From a virus: a DNA stretch of 64,000 nucleotides. Positions 18,602 to 28,177 of this stretch are shown here, in pieces. The stretch is taken from IMG/VR virus record IMGVR_UViG_3300045988_076381; one strand, written 5' to 3'. Under the pieces are notes generated by a model. It was not told the DNA's origin. It did no database searches and saw only the letters and a list, made by a program, of their open reading frames with translations. Every line of letters begins with the position of its first letter. Position 1 is the first letter of the stretch. The position numbers and the translations under genes were made by a program.

Positions 18602-19075
18602 ATGAGAATAACTTCCAGAGAGAGATTTAAGGATTATTTTAAATCTACTAAGACTATATATGGGAGAACTGTTAAAGGTACCTCTAATATATTAGATCTT
18701 AGAGAGAATAGGGTATTTAAAACAAATGGTAAATTTGGGGTTAATTGGATGGGATGGATGATATTAAAGTCCTCCGGATTTGGGTATTGGTCTATCTCAT
18801 CCATGAAACCTCATCCTATTTATTCTATAAAAGAGGATGGGGATAAATATGATTTAAATGTGATAAAAGATACCTTAAACAAGAGAAGTACTAAAGATTA
18901 TCCCAATTTATCTATAAAAGAATTATTCGATATAATCTCCCCAGAATTTAATGGAATGGTTTATATAGGAGATGAGCTTGATAGCGATCAATCATTCTTA
19001 AATTCTCTTAGATATAAATTAAATCCCAAATTTGATTTAAATAGTGTTAAAAGTAAAAAGATGTTTATATATTAA
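18602..19075 (+). CDS. hypothetical protein
   Basis: 157-aa ORF only. Confidence 0.6.
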   Translation: MRITSRERFKDYFKSTKTIYGRTVKGTSNILDLRENRVFKTNGKFGVNWMGWMILKSSGFGYWSISSMKPHPIYSIKEDGDKYDLNVIKDTLNKRSTKDYPNLSIKELFDIISPEFNGMVYIGDELDSDQSFLNSLRYKLNPKFDLNSVKSKKMFIY

Positions 19076-19087
19076 AATACACAAAAT

Positions 19088-19438
19088 ATGAATGAAGGAG
19101 TTACTAAAGCTACATATTTAAATAGCATCATTTCAAGTTTATCTGACAAAATTGATACTAGATTTATTTCGGATGGAAAACATACATTTGGGGAATTATA
19201 CGATTATATAGCATATTTAGAAGCTTTATATTTAACTCAGACCAATGTATATAAAGCAGTTAAACGTACCATAAATAATACTACTTTTATAGTAGTAAAA
19301 TCTCGTGAATTCCCTCAGGGAGATGTAATTCAGACAAGTAAACTATATCCGATTAAATATATAGATCTATTTGCAGATATTCCAGAGGATAAGGAAATAT
19401 CTCTAGTTAATATTCCACTCACTGATTTTTATATATAA
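19088..19438 (+). CDS. hypothetical protein
   Basis: 116-aa ORF only. Confidence 0.6.
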   Translation: MNEGVTKATYLNSIISSLSDKIDTRFISDGKHTFGELYDYIAYLEALYLTQTNVYKAVKRTINNTTFIVVKSREFPQGDVIQTSKLYPIKYIDLFADIPEDKEISLVNIPLTDFYI

Positions 19439-19440
19439 TT

Positions 19441-19680
19441 ATGAGTACAGAAATACTTTCATATAATAAATTCCAAGAGGTTTTAAATCCTTATAAGGAA
19501 TTTTGTGTGGAGATGTGTGAGGTTTTAGATACTACAAGAGTTCTTATATCTGAAATATTATCTATCACTCCTCTTAATTTAGAGCTTCCGGATATAAATA
19601 GAATTATTGAAGAGAATCAATTAGATTTAGATTTAACAACTGAGAAATTATTACTTGAAATTGATAAAATGTTTGTGTAA
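19441..19680 (+). CDS. hypothetical protein
   Basis: 79-aa ORF with a 2-nt gap to its neighbour. Confidence 0.55.
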   Translation: MSTEILSYNKFQEVLNPYKEFCVEMCEVLDTTRVLISEILSITPLNLELPDINRIIEENQLDLDLTTEKLLLEIDKMFV

Positions 19681-19916
19681 TGGATATTATATATTTAGAA
19701 TGTGAATGTAATTGCTCTGAACATTTAATTCGCTTCATCTCTTATGAAGGGGAAGAGGAGATTTATATAGAATATTATTTAAATCCGGAATTGAGTTTTT
19801 GGAAGAGATTGAAAATTGCTATTAAATATTTATTTAATAGAAAATGTAAATTCGGAGCATTTGATGAAGTAATTGTAAATAAGGAAAGATTAAAAGATCT
19901 TTTAAATAAATTATAA
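19680..19916 (+). CDS. hypothetical Cys-containing small protein
   Basis: 78 aa. The start overlaps the previous stop. Confidence 0.55.
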   Translation: MDIIYLECECNCSEHLIRFISYEGEEEIYIEYYLNPELSFWKRLKIAIKYLFNRKCKFGAFDEVIVNKERLKDLLNKL

Positions 19917-19920
19917 TAAA

Positions 19921-20091
19921 ATGTATATTATTGTAGGTTTTATATTATTATTATTGTCATGGGGTATATACTACCATGCTGAGAATTACTGTGAGTTAGA
20001 GCTTGGAGAATTTGAAAAGCTTATAGCCATAATACTAATGATGTTCAGTCTATTGTTAATTCCTATAGCAATATTTCAGAAATTATTATGA
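19921..20091 (+). CDS. small membrane protein (not in ORF track, 56 aa)
   Basis: MYIIVGFILLLLSWGIYYH...LLLIPIAIFQKLL. Its stop overlaps the next start (ATGA). Confidence 0.45.
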   Translation: MYIIVGFILLLLSWGIYYHAENYCELELGEFEKLIAIILMMFSLLLIPIAIFQKLL

Positions 20092-20759
20092 TAAATATAG
20101 CAGAAATAATAAAAAGATTTCCAGAAAATTTTAAGTATTATAACATACTTACTGGAATTTGTACAGTAGAAATACTTGAGAATGATGATATTGAAATTTT
20201 TCCAGGAAATATTATACTAAATAAATATGGACAACATTCATCTTTTGAAGCTTCTGAATGTATCTTATTTCCTAAAAAAGACTATCGGGATTGGGAGACT
20301 TATTTGATTGATTCTGGATATAGAATAAATATCTTTTCTAGATTGGCAGGATTAGATATATCCAATAGAATGTTTTATTATGAGGGTATTGGAGATTGCA
20401 AGATTGAATTGAATTTCGAAAAACATACTATTGAAGTATATACATCTACTTCACCTGATTGCGTAGATATATTAAATGAATTTGGATTTGGTTACACATT
20501 TTTAAAACTTTCTAAATATTCTTCTTATTTAGACTGGTTGAATATTCCTAAAGAGTTACCACTTGGAGCTTTAGTAGTTGCATCAAATAATAAAACATTT
20601 TGGTCAATAGGAACATATGAAGGAAATCAATGTGTAACTACAACTTTTCCAAAAAGGATAAGTACAAGATATCAGTATATAGTTCTATATAATTTATTCA
20701 ATTTAGAAACAGGAGAATTTCCGGAATCTGAAAATTATGGATGTGCTAAAAAGGATTAG
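20088..20759 (+). CDS. hypothetical protein
   Basis: 223-aa ORF that ends in TAG. Confidence 0.6.
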   Translation: MINIAEIIKRFPENFKYYNILTGICTVEILENDDIEIFPGNIILNKYGQHSSFEASECILFPKKDYRDWETYLIDSGYRINIFSRLAGLDISNRMFYYEGIGDCKIELNFEKHTIEVYTSTSPDCVDILNEFGFGYTFLKLSKYSSYLDWLNIPKELPLGALVVASNNKTFWSIGTYEGNQCVTTTFPKRISTRYQYIVLYNLFNLETGEFPESENYGCAKKD

Positions 20760-20818
20760 AATGAAGTATATTATATTCATTACCGGATATATTATAGCTA
20801 TATCTGCATTTATTAAAT

Positions 20819-21259
20819 ATGAAATATATAGTTTATACAGATGGATCTTACAGAGCCTCCAGAAAACAAGGAGGATATGCAGTAGTCTTTTATGATTCCG
20901 ATATGAATCTTATTAAATACGTATTTAAAGGAATTAAGAATACAACTAATAATCGTTGTGAGTTAATGGGATTTATTTCAGCATTGAAACATCTCCCATT
21001 TAACTCCGAAGTTGTTATATATTCTGATTCTGAATATGTATTAAATCCGATTAAAAAAGGATGGATTTATAATTGGATAAAGACTAATTTTAAAGATAAA
21101 AAGAATGAAGATTTGTGGAGAGAAGTTATTGATTTATTACCTCATTATAAATTATCTCTTGAGTGGGTTAAAGGACATGAGGAAGATGAAGGAAATAATT
21201 TCGCGGATATGTTAGCTCAACATTCATCAATAATTGATTTAAAAGATAATGAAGACTAA
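20819..21259 (+). CDS. rnhA: ribonuclease HI
   Basis: VYTDGSY...GGYAVV...NNRCELMGFISAL...IYSDSEYV...WVKGH...GNNFADMLA gives the DEDD catalytic pattern of RNase H1. Confidence 0.85.
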   Translation: MKYIVYTDGSYRASRKQGGYAVVFYDSDMNLIKYVFKGIKNTTNNRCELMGFISALKHLPFNSEVVIYSDSEYVLNPIKKGWIYNWIKTNFKDKKNEDLWREVIDLLPHYKLSLEWVKGHEEDEGNNFADMLAQHSSIIDLKDNED

Positions 21260-21494
21260 AAAGACATTAAACGATTTCTTGATATGGTTAAAGTGTTCTG
21301 GTTTATTAACGGTATATTTTGAAACAATCAATAATATATCATCTTCCTATAATATAATAAGAAATTTAGATGCAAATAATCCAGATACTTTATTTGATAT
21401 TATTCCTAAGGATCTAGGACAAGAATCAGTATTACCGAAAATAGATTGGGATTATATAAAAGCGTTATATACTCATTGGTTATTAGATATTTAA
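21249..21494 (+). CDS. hypothetical protein
   Basis: 81-aa ORF only. Confidence 0.55.
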   Translation: MKTKKTLNDFLIWLKCSGLLTVYFETINNISSSYNIIRNLDANNPDTLFDIIPKDLGQESVLPKIDWDYIKALYTHWLLDI

Positions 21495-21609
21495 TATATG
21501 TTTAACTAGATCTAATCTATATCAAAATAAGTAAAAGGAGTTTTTATTATAAAAATTATAATAATCTGTGTATAGCAGCTGAAATAGAATATTTACTAAT
21601 TTATTACAT

Positions 21610-21897
21610 ATGATAATAATAGAAAGCGACTTTAAAATAGAAGAAGGTTCATCTCCTGCTAGATATGATCTATATCTAAAGAAGATTATAAATAAAGGAA
21701 AAAAAGATACCTCCGGAAAGAGTTTAGAGAGAGAGGATTGGATATTAGAAGGATATGATATATCAATGCCTACAATCCTCAAAACTCTTTCTCATCATTT
21801 AACAGATAAAAAGTTAAACGAATGTTCCTTAAAAGAATATATAAAAGCGTATAAAGACACTATTAATCATTTAAATACTATAATAAATGATTGCTGA
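21610..21897 (+). CDS. hypothetical protein
   Basis: 95-aa ORF only. Confidence 0.55.
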   Translation: MIIIESDFKIEEGSSPARYDLYLKKIINKGKKDTSGKSLEREDWILEGYDISMPTILKTLSHHLTDKKLNECSLKEYIKAYKDTINHLNTIINDC

Positions 21898-22129
21898 AAT
21901 AAAAGTAATAATCAATAAGGAAGAGCTTGAACAAGCGGATAAAATGGGAGTATACAAAGAACCAGTCTATACCACTACTCCATTTGGATTTCATCTAGAT
22001 GATGTAGAATTATTTTACTTAAATGATAATAAGAATAAAGAAATAACACTTAGAATAGATAGAGAGTATTTTGTTATTAAATACGATCTTTCTATTTTAA
22101 ATAAATTAAAACTTAAATTTAATAATTAA
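21887..22129 (+). CDS. hypothetical protein
   Basis: 80-aa ORF only. Confidence 0.55.
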   Translation: MIAEIKVIINKEELEQADKMGVYKEPVYTTTPFGFHLDDVELFYLNDNKNKEITLRIDREYFVIKYDLSILNKLKLKFNN

Positions 22130-22434
22130 TGAAAAGTTGGTATGTATATATTGTAGATTTTAATTCTACTAAATTAGAGCAGTATGATGTAATGCCTTAT
22201 TTCTTAGGAAGTGCAAGACAGCAGAAATTTGAATCTTCTGATTTAGAAGAGTGTAAAAAATTTATAAAGAAAGAAGGTATGTATATGTTTTGGGCTAGAT
22301 GTGAGTGGGAAATTCTAATTTCTCCTTGGCCTTCTGTAAAAGATAAATACTTTAAAATAGATGTCTGGGATCAGATAAATATGAATTTAGATGTTTTTGC
22401 AACTGTATTTATTGAAAATTTAAATAATAAATAA
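22129..22434 (+). CDS. hypothetical protein
   Basis: 101-aa ORF only. Confidence 0.55.
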   Translation: MKSWYVYIVDFNSTKLEQYDVMPYFLGSARQQKFESSDLEECKKFIKKEGMYMFWARCEWEILISPWPSVKDKYFKIDVWDQINMNLDVFATVFIENLNNK

Positions 22435-22435
22435 A

Positions 22436-22786
22436 ATGAAAGAAATAATACAATATATAGAAGATGTTTTTACTGATAATAATGGGTGTCAACGAAAATT
22501 TATTATCTGTGCTGTAACCATCTCAAACTCATCTGGAAAATTTACTCGTTTCGGGATTTCTGTAGCAAGAAAGGAGGATATGGCTAAATATTCTTTAGAG
22601 TTAGGAAAGAGGATAGCATACGGAAAGGCTTGTAAACGTCCTTTTATATTTGTTGAATGTAACAGAATAGAAGGAATGAATCAAGAAATTTGCAATACTT
22701 ATTTAAAAACATTTGCTAAGTATTTTAAAGAAGATCCCTCATTTGCTCTTAAATGGTTTAAATCTCCACGTAATAATAAAAAATAA
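22436..22786 (+). CDS. hypothetical protein
   Basis: 116-aa ORF only. Confidence 0.55.
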   Translation: MKEIIQYIEDVFTDNNGCQRKFIICAVTISNSSGKFTRFGISVARKEDMAKYSLELGKRIAYGKACKRPFIFVECNRIEGMNQEICNTYLKTFAKYFKEDPSFALKWFKSPRNNKK

Positions 22787-23079
22787 TGTCTCGAATTTTT
22801 AAGAAGAATAATTCTTATATATATCCTACAGAAGAATTTATTTATGAAGTTTTATTATATAAACGAGAAGGTAATATTATCTCAATTCAAGATAGTAAAA
22901 CTTTAAAATCTAAGACATATATTCCGGAAAAGACAATAGCTCCTAAAAAGTCTAATACATTTACGTATATGGATTTAATAGGAGCTCCAGAAAAATGGTT
23001 ATATGATAATGGATATATTGAAACTGATTCGGAGGAATTAGTAAAAAAGAAATTTAGGAAAAATAAAAGTAATATTTAG
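22786..23079 (+). CDS. hypothetical protein
   Basis: 97-aa ORF only. Confidence 0.55.
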   Translation: MSRIFKKNNSYIYPTEEFIYEVLLYKREGNIISIQDSKTLKSKTYIPEKTIAPKKSNTFTYMDLIGAPEKWLYDNGYIETDSEELVKKKFRKNKSNI

Positions 23080-23106
23080 TATTAATAATTATAAATAAAA
23101 TATCTT

Positions 23107-23439
23107 ATGGAAAGTTATTATAATCTCGGAATCGTTAAAATGACAACTGGAGAATCAAGTAGAGGATTAATTCTTAAAAGAGAACTTTCTTTGGATGAAT
23201 GTAAGTATATTCTTTCTGAAATATTTGGAATTAAATTATACACACGTGAAGATTTTGATGATGAAGAAGAATATCAAGAGCAAATGGATAAGTATAAAGA
23301 TACTATAAACGCTTGGCTTAAGGGAGACCGTGACGATCAATATATATTAGATTCTTATATGAGTTATTTGGTGAATAGCCTAGGGATAATGAATATGGTT
23401 TTAATCATTGATTATTTGAAAAAATTATCAGTTATTTAA
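23107..23439 (+). CDS. hypothetical protein
   Basis: 110-aa ORF only. Confidence 0.55.
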   Translation: MESYYNLGIVKMTTGESSRGLILKRELSLDECKYILSEIFGIKLYTREDFDDEEEYQEQMDKYKDTINAWLKGDRDDQYILDSYMSYLVNSLGIMNMVLIIDYLKKLSVI

Positions 23440-23609
23440 AAGTTAAAAAGAAAAAGATTCTAAAGGAAATTACTTATGTTTACTACACCTTGTTTTATCG
23501 GAAAATACTTCAGAACTTCGCAAGAAGTTAGAGGAATTGGATACTATCTCCACCATCTGAAAAGAAACTTTATGAACAATAGTAGAAGAATTAATTTCAC
23601 ATTTTAAAC

Positions 23610-23888
23610 ATGAAAACAAAACTTCTTAAGAAACTTAGAAGAAAAGTAAAGAATGACATTAAATATAGCTATATAGATGACTTAGTATATTTATGTGATT
23701 CAAACCTTGAAATTTATCTTACTTTAAAATATCCAGAATTTATAAAAACATCTGATAAATATCTATATAAAGTATTAAAAGAACATAGAATAGAGAGAAT
23801 ACTAGAATATATTAAAGAACTTAGAAAGAATAAAAATTTTAAGAAGTCTAATATGGAGAATAGAATTAATTATATAAATAACTTATGA
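23610..23888 (+). CDS. hypothetical protein, paralog of 25116..25409
   Basis: The N-termini are similar: MKTKLLKKLRRKVKNDI vs MKVKLLKRLRKKSIKNI. Confidence 0.55.
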   Translation: MKTKLLKKLRRKVKNDIKYSYIDDLVYLCDSNLEIYLTLKYPEFIKTSDKYLYKVLKEHRIERILEYIKELRKNKNFKKSNMENRINYINNL

Positions 23889-24358
23889 AAAATATAACTA
23901 TTGAAGTTCAGATAATTGTAAATTAATTAAAGAAGACGATACAACTTTTAAAGTAATTACAGAAAGAGAACCTAAAACTTGGAAAGATTTTTGTGATATT
24001 GTACCAGTTATAAATGAATATTATATAGATCAATTTTCAAACGTGCGTTCGATAAGCTCTGGTAAAAGAGATCCTATGTATGATAGAAATTTATGTGCAA
24101 CCAGAGAAGAAGCAGAAGCTATTGTAGCCCTTATTCAACTAAGAAGATTAAAAGTTGAATGGGATAAATATGAGAAAAAATATTTGTTCAAAAGGTATTT
24201 TTAAATACTATATTATATGGGACTACGGCAATAGTTGTTTAACTATAGGTGAAGGACTTTCAAACCATCTCTTGGAATTTAACTCTAGAGATAGTGCCTC
24301 AGAATTTATAACTTGTTCCAGTTATTTACTTGAAAAAGCTAAATTATTTTTACATTAA
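23885..24358 (+). pseudogene. twice-frameshifted paralog of 33641..34111
   Basis: Three frames read in series: MKNITIEV.. / DNCKLIKEDDTTFKVITEREPKTWKDFCD...REEAEAIVALIQLRRLKVEWDKYEKK / ICSKGIFKYYIIWDYGNSCLTIGEG...LLEKAKLFLH. Together they parallel MKTVTIEIPDDSELIKEGNIYKI..PKTWEEFCN...EVEAEATLALTQLIRLRKAWVGEWD...YYIQSTIDGELTV...LLNRANRFLA. The second shift is at the A6 run 24175-24180. Confidence 0.6.
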
Positions 24359-24363
24359 TTTCA

Positions 24364-24723
24364 ATGAAGCAAGAATTAAAAGATAAGGAAGTAATATTAT
24401 GTGCAGCTATTCACTATGATAATGGATTAGAATATCCACATCAATCCATTTACGGAGTTAAAACTGGATTTGTTTTATGTGGATATAGACATCTAAATAT
24501 TATCGGAATACTTCCTACTAATATCTATTTTAAAAAGACTAATGAAAATAGTGTACAGGTAGCATGGAACGAAAATTGTCCAAAGCATGAAAGTTATCAA
24601 GGATTTCTTACTTCTACTGGTAGATTTGTTGGTAGAAGAGAAGCAGCACAAATAGCGTTACACTCAGGACAAATTAAAGAGTTAAAATTTGGAATTGAAT
24701 TATATAGTGAAGATTTATATTAA
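24364..24723 (+). CDS. hypothetical protein
   Basis: 119 aa. It has a GFLTSTGRFVGRREAAQIA motif whose family I cannot name. Confidence 0.55.
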   Translation: MKQELKDKEVILCAAIHYDNGLEYPHQSIYGVKTGFVLCGYRHLNIIGILPTNIYFKKTNENSVQVAWNENCPKHESYQGFLTSTGRFVGRREAAQIALHSGQIKELKFGIELYSEDLY

Positions 24724-24735
24724 TTAAAATATGTT

Positions 24736-25002
24736 ATGCCACTTATTATTGTTGTTAGTTTTATTATTATAGGTGTATATGTAATAATAAATATAATTGA
24801 TGAAGAGTTTGATTTAAAAGATTATATCTATTTTATCCTAATTACACTCGGAATATTTTTGGGAGGTATAATTGAAGACTACAAACAAGAATCTCAAAAC
24901 AGTTCTAAATCTAAAATAGACTACACAAAAAATTCAGAAGTATTAAATAGTATAGATACTCTAGTTACATACAGAGATAGTGTTCTCCTTATATTTAAAT
25001 AA
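24736..25002 (+). CDS. small membrane protein
   Basis: 88 aa with two hydrophobic segments. Confidence 0.5.
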   Translation: MPLIIVVSFIIIGVYVIINIIDEEFDLKDYIYFILITLGIFLGGIIEDYKQESQNSSKSKIDYTKNSEVLNSIDTLVTYRDSVLLIFK

Positions 25003-25115
25003 AGCATATTTATGGCTACAAGGATCTTTAATATGGAAGGATAATGGAAAGGTTTCTATTGTAGATCTATCTCTCATTCTAGAATATCTAAAGGGAATAA
25101 TATTATCTGAATAAT

Positions 25116-25409
25116 ATGAAAGTAAAACTGTTAAAAAGACTAAGAAAAAAATCTATTAAAAATATTTATATACGTCCTCCGAAATTTCCTTGGGAATCTT
25201 ATAAAATTATCACTCCTATACAAGATGATGTAGTAGTAATATATTTTTATACTCTAAAAGATATAAAAATCAGTGAAAGAATGCTTATAAATAAAAGGAG
25301 GGAGTATGTCTTAGATATAATTTATTCCATGCGATCACAATTTAATAAAATTATAGCTAAGAAATATTTTACTAAGGAATTAAATAGAATTAATAAATTA
25401 ATACCCTAA
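25116..25409 (+). CDS. hypothetical protein, paralog of 23610..23888
   Basis: N-terminal similarity (see 23610..23888). Confidence 0.55.
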   Translation: MKVKLLKRLRKKSIKNIYIRPPKFPWESYKIITPIQDDVVVIYFYTLKDIKISERMLINKRREYVLDIIYSMRSQFNKIIAKKYFTKELNRINKLIP

Positions 25410-25413
25410 ATTT

Positions 25414-25638
25414 ATGTGGATAGCGAGAGAAGAAAATGATGATTTATATTTATTTAGATATAAACCTTATAAATCTGTACGTCATTGGGTTGCTGATGAA
25501 CAAGATCCGTCTAAATATCGTTTTAGAATAGATAGAGAATTATTCCCAGAAATTACTTTTTATAATAGTCCCAAAGAAGTTATTCTTCAGCTTAAGGAGA
25601 AAATAACTAAAGTATCAATATTAAACCAGACTATATGA
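25414..25638 (+). CDS. hypothetical protein
   Basis: 74 aa with an ATGA overlap onto the next gene. Confidence 0.55.
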   Translation: MWIAREENDDLYLFRYKPYKSVRHWVADEQDPSKYRFRIDRELFPEITFYNSPKEVILQLKEKITKVSILNQTI

Positions 25639-26222
25639 GAAAAATAGGAATATTCTTAGGAAACTTTGATCCTCCTACTATATGTCATCAAAATATAATT
25701 AGGAATATTGTAAATTATAATTTCTTAGATGAAATCTTTATTGTTCCTAAATATAGAAGTGTTAAAGAATCATATTCCACACTTTTTACAGATAGAGTAA
25801 CTATGTGTAAGAGAGCGTTTAAACCATTTAAAAAGGTTACTATATCTAATATGGAAAGTTTAATAGCTTCTACAGATATGAAAACCTATAGAGAAGGGGT
25901 TCCATCTTGGAAGACTATTGAATTCTTTAAGAATATAAAAGATATTGAATTATATATAATAACTACATTCCCTGGATATTCCAAAATTCCTAATTGGGAT
26001 AAGGGTGAGGAGATATTAAAGGATAATAAATTTATTGTTCTTTGTGAAACTAAAGATTTAGGGAAATTATCTGAAGATATTATTAGTATACCTTTATATG
26101 ATCATATCAATATTACATCTAATAAAATTCGGAATTATATAAGATTAGATTCTAATCCGTTTCCCTTAGTTCAGAAAGATGTACTTGATTATATTTACAA
26201 ACATAATCTTTATATAGGATGA
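25635..26222 (+). CDS. nicotinate/nicotinamide mononucleotide adenylyltransferase-like (cytidylyltransferase fold)
   Basis: The N-terminus IGIFLGNFDPPTICHQNII fits the G.F.P.H.GH-type motif. The C-terminus NITSNKIRNYI fits the ISST.IR motif. Confidence 0.65.
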   Translation: MRKIGIFLGNFDPPTICHQNIIRNIVNYNFLDEIFIVPKYRSVKESYSTLFTDRVTMCKRAFKPFKKVTISNMESLIASTDMKTYREGVPSWKTIEFFKNIKDIELYIITTFPGYSKIPNWDKGEEILKDNKFIVLCETKDLGKLSEDIISIPLYDHINITSNKIRNYIRLDSNPFPLVQKDVLDYIYKHNLYIG

Positions 26223-26587
26223 GATATTATATTACAGGACATCGAGATTTATCTAAAGAGGAGTTTAGTAAAATTTATATTCCGGAAATAGATAGAATTA
26301 TTCAGGAAGATTCTAATGCAGTATTCTTAGTTGGAGTATGTGAAGGTGTTGATTTATATACTATACAGTATTTAAATAAATACTCTATTCCAGTTCAAGT
26401 ATACGGTCCGAATTTGGATATTAAAAATGATCTTATAAGATTACATTTATATCCAAGTTATGAAAAATCTGCTTTAGAGATGATTAAAAATTCAGATAAA
26501 ACTATCGGATTTATTAAACCTGGTAGAGAAAATTCTAGTTTTACTGCTCTAAATGTTTTAAAAAGGTATATAATAAACAAATCTTAA
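26219..26587 (+). CDS. SLOG/DUF2493-like small protein
   Basis: YITGHRDLS...VFLVGVCEGVDLYTIQYLNKYSIPVQVY resembles the ..TGSR....vvhGga.GaD..a..wa pattern. It has a 4-nt overlap with the NMNAT-like gene. Confidence 0.4.
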   Translation: MRYYITGHRDLSKEEFSKIYIPEIDRIIQEDSNAVFLVGVCEGVDLYTIQYLNKYSIPVQVYGPNLDIKNDLIRLHLYPSYEKSALEMIKNSDKTIGFIKPGRENSSFTALNVLKRYIINKS

Positions 26588-26598
26588 ACTTAAATAAT

Positions 26599-27008
26599 AT
26601 GAATAGAAAAGAAAGAACTATCTCCGAAAATATGGAGAAATTAATGATAGACCAAATCTCAAGAGAATTATATAATCATAATGTATATAGAACATATGCG
26701 AATTACTATTATGTAAGAGGATTGTTTAAATTACATCTTTATTATGAGATGAGATCTAACGAGGAATATAATCATCATCAATGGATTGTTGATAGATTAT
26801 ATAGAGCCGGAGTTGATTTTAATTATCCAGAAGTACCAGCTATTAAATCTAATCATGTTATATTAAAGCCAGAAGATAGTTTTCAGAAAGTAGTAGATTT
26901 AGAGATTGAAACTACTATGTATATAAATAAAATGATAGAAACTGCGAAAGAGGAGAAGGATTGGCAGACGGAGGGATGGTTAAAGAGGACGTTAAATGAA
27001 GAGCAGAT
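26599..27008 (+). CDS. ferritin, exon 1
   Basis: ISRELYNHNVYRTYANYYY...EMRSNEEYNHHQWIVDRL...DLEIETTMYINKMIETA...WLKRTLNEEQ parallels bacterial FtnA up to the EQ.EEE motif. Confidence 0.8.
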
Positions 27009-27200
27009 AAACTTTTGTCTGAAAGTATGGTAACATACAGGTGAATAGATCAAAATCGATGAAGTCTAATTTAGATAATATCGAGGTAAGTATGAATTTA
27101 AAGGATTCATACCACTGTAACGCGTAGGTGTTGAAACTATTAATTATTTATAAATTATATTTTTGCAGAAGAGATAATTGTTTTTATCGTGGAAGAATAT

Positions 27201-27208
27201 TAACTTTG
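27201..27208 (+). promoter_or_regulatory. -7 box TAacTTTG inside the intron, upstream of the endonuclease ORF
   Basis: It lies 31 nt upstream of the ATG at 27239. Confidence 0.4.
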
Positions 27209-27238
27209 TATTTATTACATTTTAATATTTAAATTCTT

Positions 27239-28006
27239 ATGGATAAAAACAGAAAACTAGAATTTGAGGGAAAGATATTTCCTACGAATAATTGTGGCGA
27301 GCTAAAAATCATCGAATATAATGGAGCAACTAATGTAGTGGTGGAGTTTATTACTACTAAAACTATACATTCTACCACTATGAATAACATCAAGAAAGGA
27401 TCAGTATCCGATCCTATGTATCCAACAGTATATGGAATAGGATATATGGGTATAGGAGAGTATAAAAGTAGGACTGGGACTAGTCCTCAAACAACTTGCT
27501 ATAAACGATGGAAAGAAATTCTTAATCGATGCTATAATCCTAAATGTTCTGCTTATAAATTTTATGGAGGAAATGGAGCAATTATATGTGAAGAATGGAA
27601 AAATTTCCAAAATTTTGCATCTTGGTGGTATTCTAACTTTCCAAATTGGGAAGGAATTAAAATTGCTATAGATAAAGATTTATTATGTAAGGGAAATAAG
27701 GAATATTGTCCTGAATACTGCTGCTTTTTACCTCAAGAAATAAACGAAGCTCTTACTTTAAGAAAAAAGGAAAGAGGGGATTATCCAGTTGGAGTACGGT
27801 TAAAAGAAGGAAAAATTATTGCTCAAATTAATTACATGGGAAATAAAAAACATTTAGGAACATTTTCCACTGTTGAAGATGCTTTTGCAAAATATAAAAT
27901 AGAAAAGGAAAAGTGTATGAAAGAATATGCTGATAAATACAAAAATATACTTTCGGAGAGAGTGTATCAAGCATTATATAACTACACTATAAATATAGAT
28001 GATTAA
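27239..28006 (+). CDS. intron-encoded homing-endonuclease-like protein with AP2 DNA-binding domain
   Basis: YKRWKEILNRCYNP....YKFYGGNGAIICEEWKNFQNF is common in phage proteins annotated as HNH/AP2. The C-terminus YPVGVRLKEGKIIAQINYMGNKKHLGTFSTVEDAFAKY is AP2-like. Confidence 0.55.
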   Translation: MDKNRKLEFEGKIFPTNNCGELKIIEYNGATNVVVEFITTKTIHSTTMNNIKKGSVSDPMYPTVYGIGYMGIGEYKSRTGTSPQTTCYKRWKEILNRCYNPKCSAYKFYGGNGAIICEEWKNFQNFASWWYSNFPNWEGIKIAIDKDLLCKGNKEYCPEYCCFLPQEINEALTLRKKERGDYPVGVRLKEGKIIAQINYMGNKKHLGTFSTVEDAFAKYKIEKEKCMKEYADKYKNILSERVYQALYNYTINIDD

Positions 28007-28177
28007 TAGAATAAAATATACCCAAGAGTGATCTACTCCTACAGGTAATGCTGAGGATGAAAATGTACGCTGAACCGTCTGATGATTAAATCAGAATATC
28101 TTTATTTACATCTTCAATAAAGTAAGGAGGAGACTCCCGGAAGTAAGAGATAAAAAACTCTTACGATAACAAAATTG

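Larger units (their letters stand above)
27009..28177 (+). mobile_element. group-I-like intron carrying an AP2-domain endonuclease ORF
   Basis: The 5' exon end cagaT pairs with Gtctg 8 nt into the insert (a P1-like helix with U.G). The insert ends ...gataacaaaattG. It carries the shared core blocks gtaacgcgtaggtgttgaaact (27117-), ccaagagtg (28022-) and gtacgctgaac. Removing it restores ...LNEEQ-M-EEEDV.... Confidence 0.75.

Noticed and set aside
28076-28084. CUGAUGA, the hammerhead-ribozyme core-like heptamer.
   Set aside because: It sits in the 3' part of the ferritin group-I-like intron within a local hairpin (ctgatgattaaatcag). No matching GAAA or stem III context was found.
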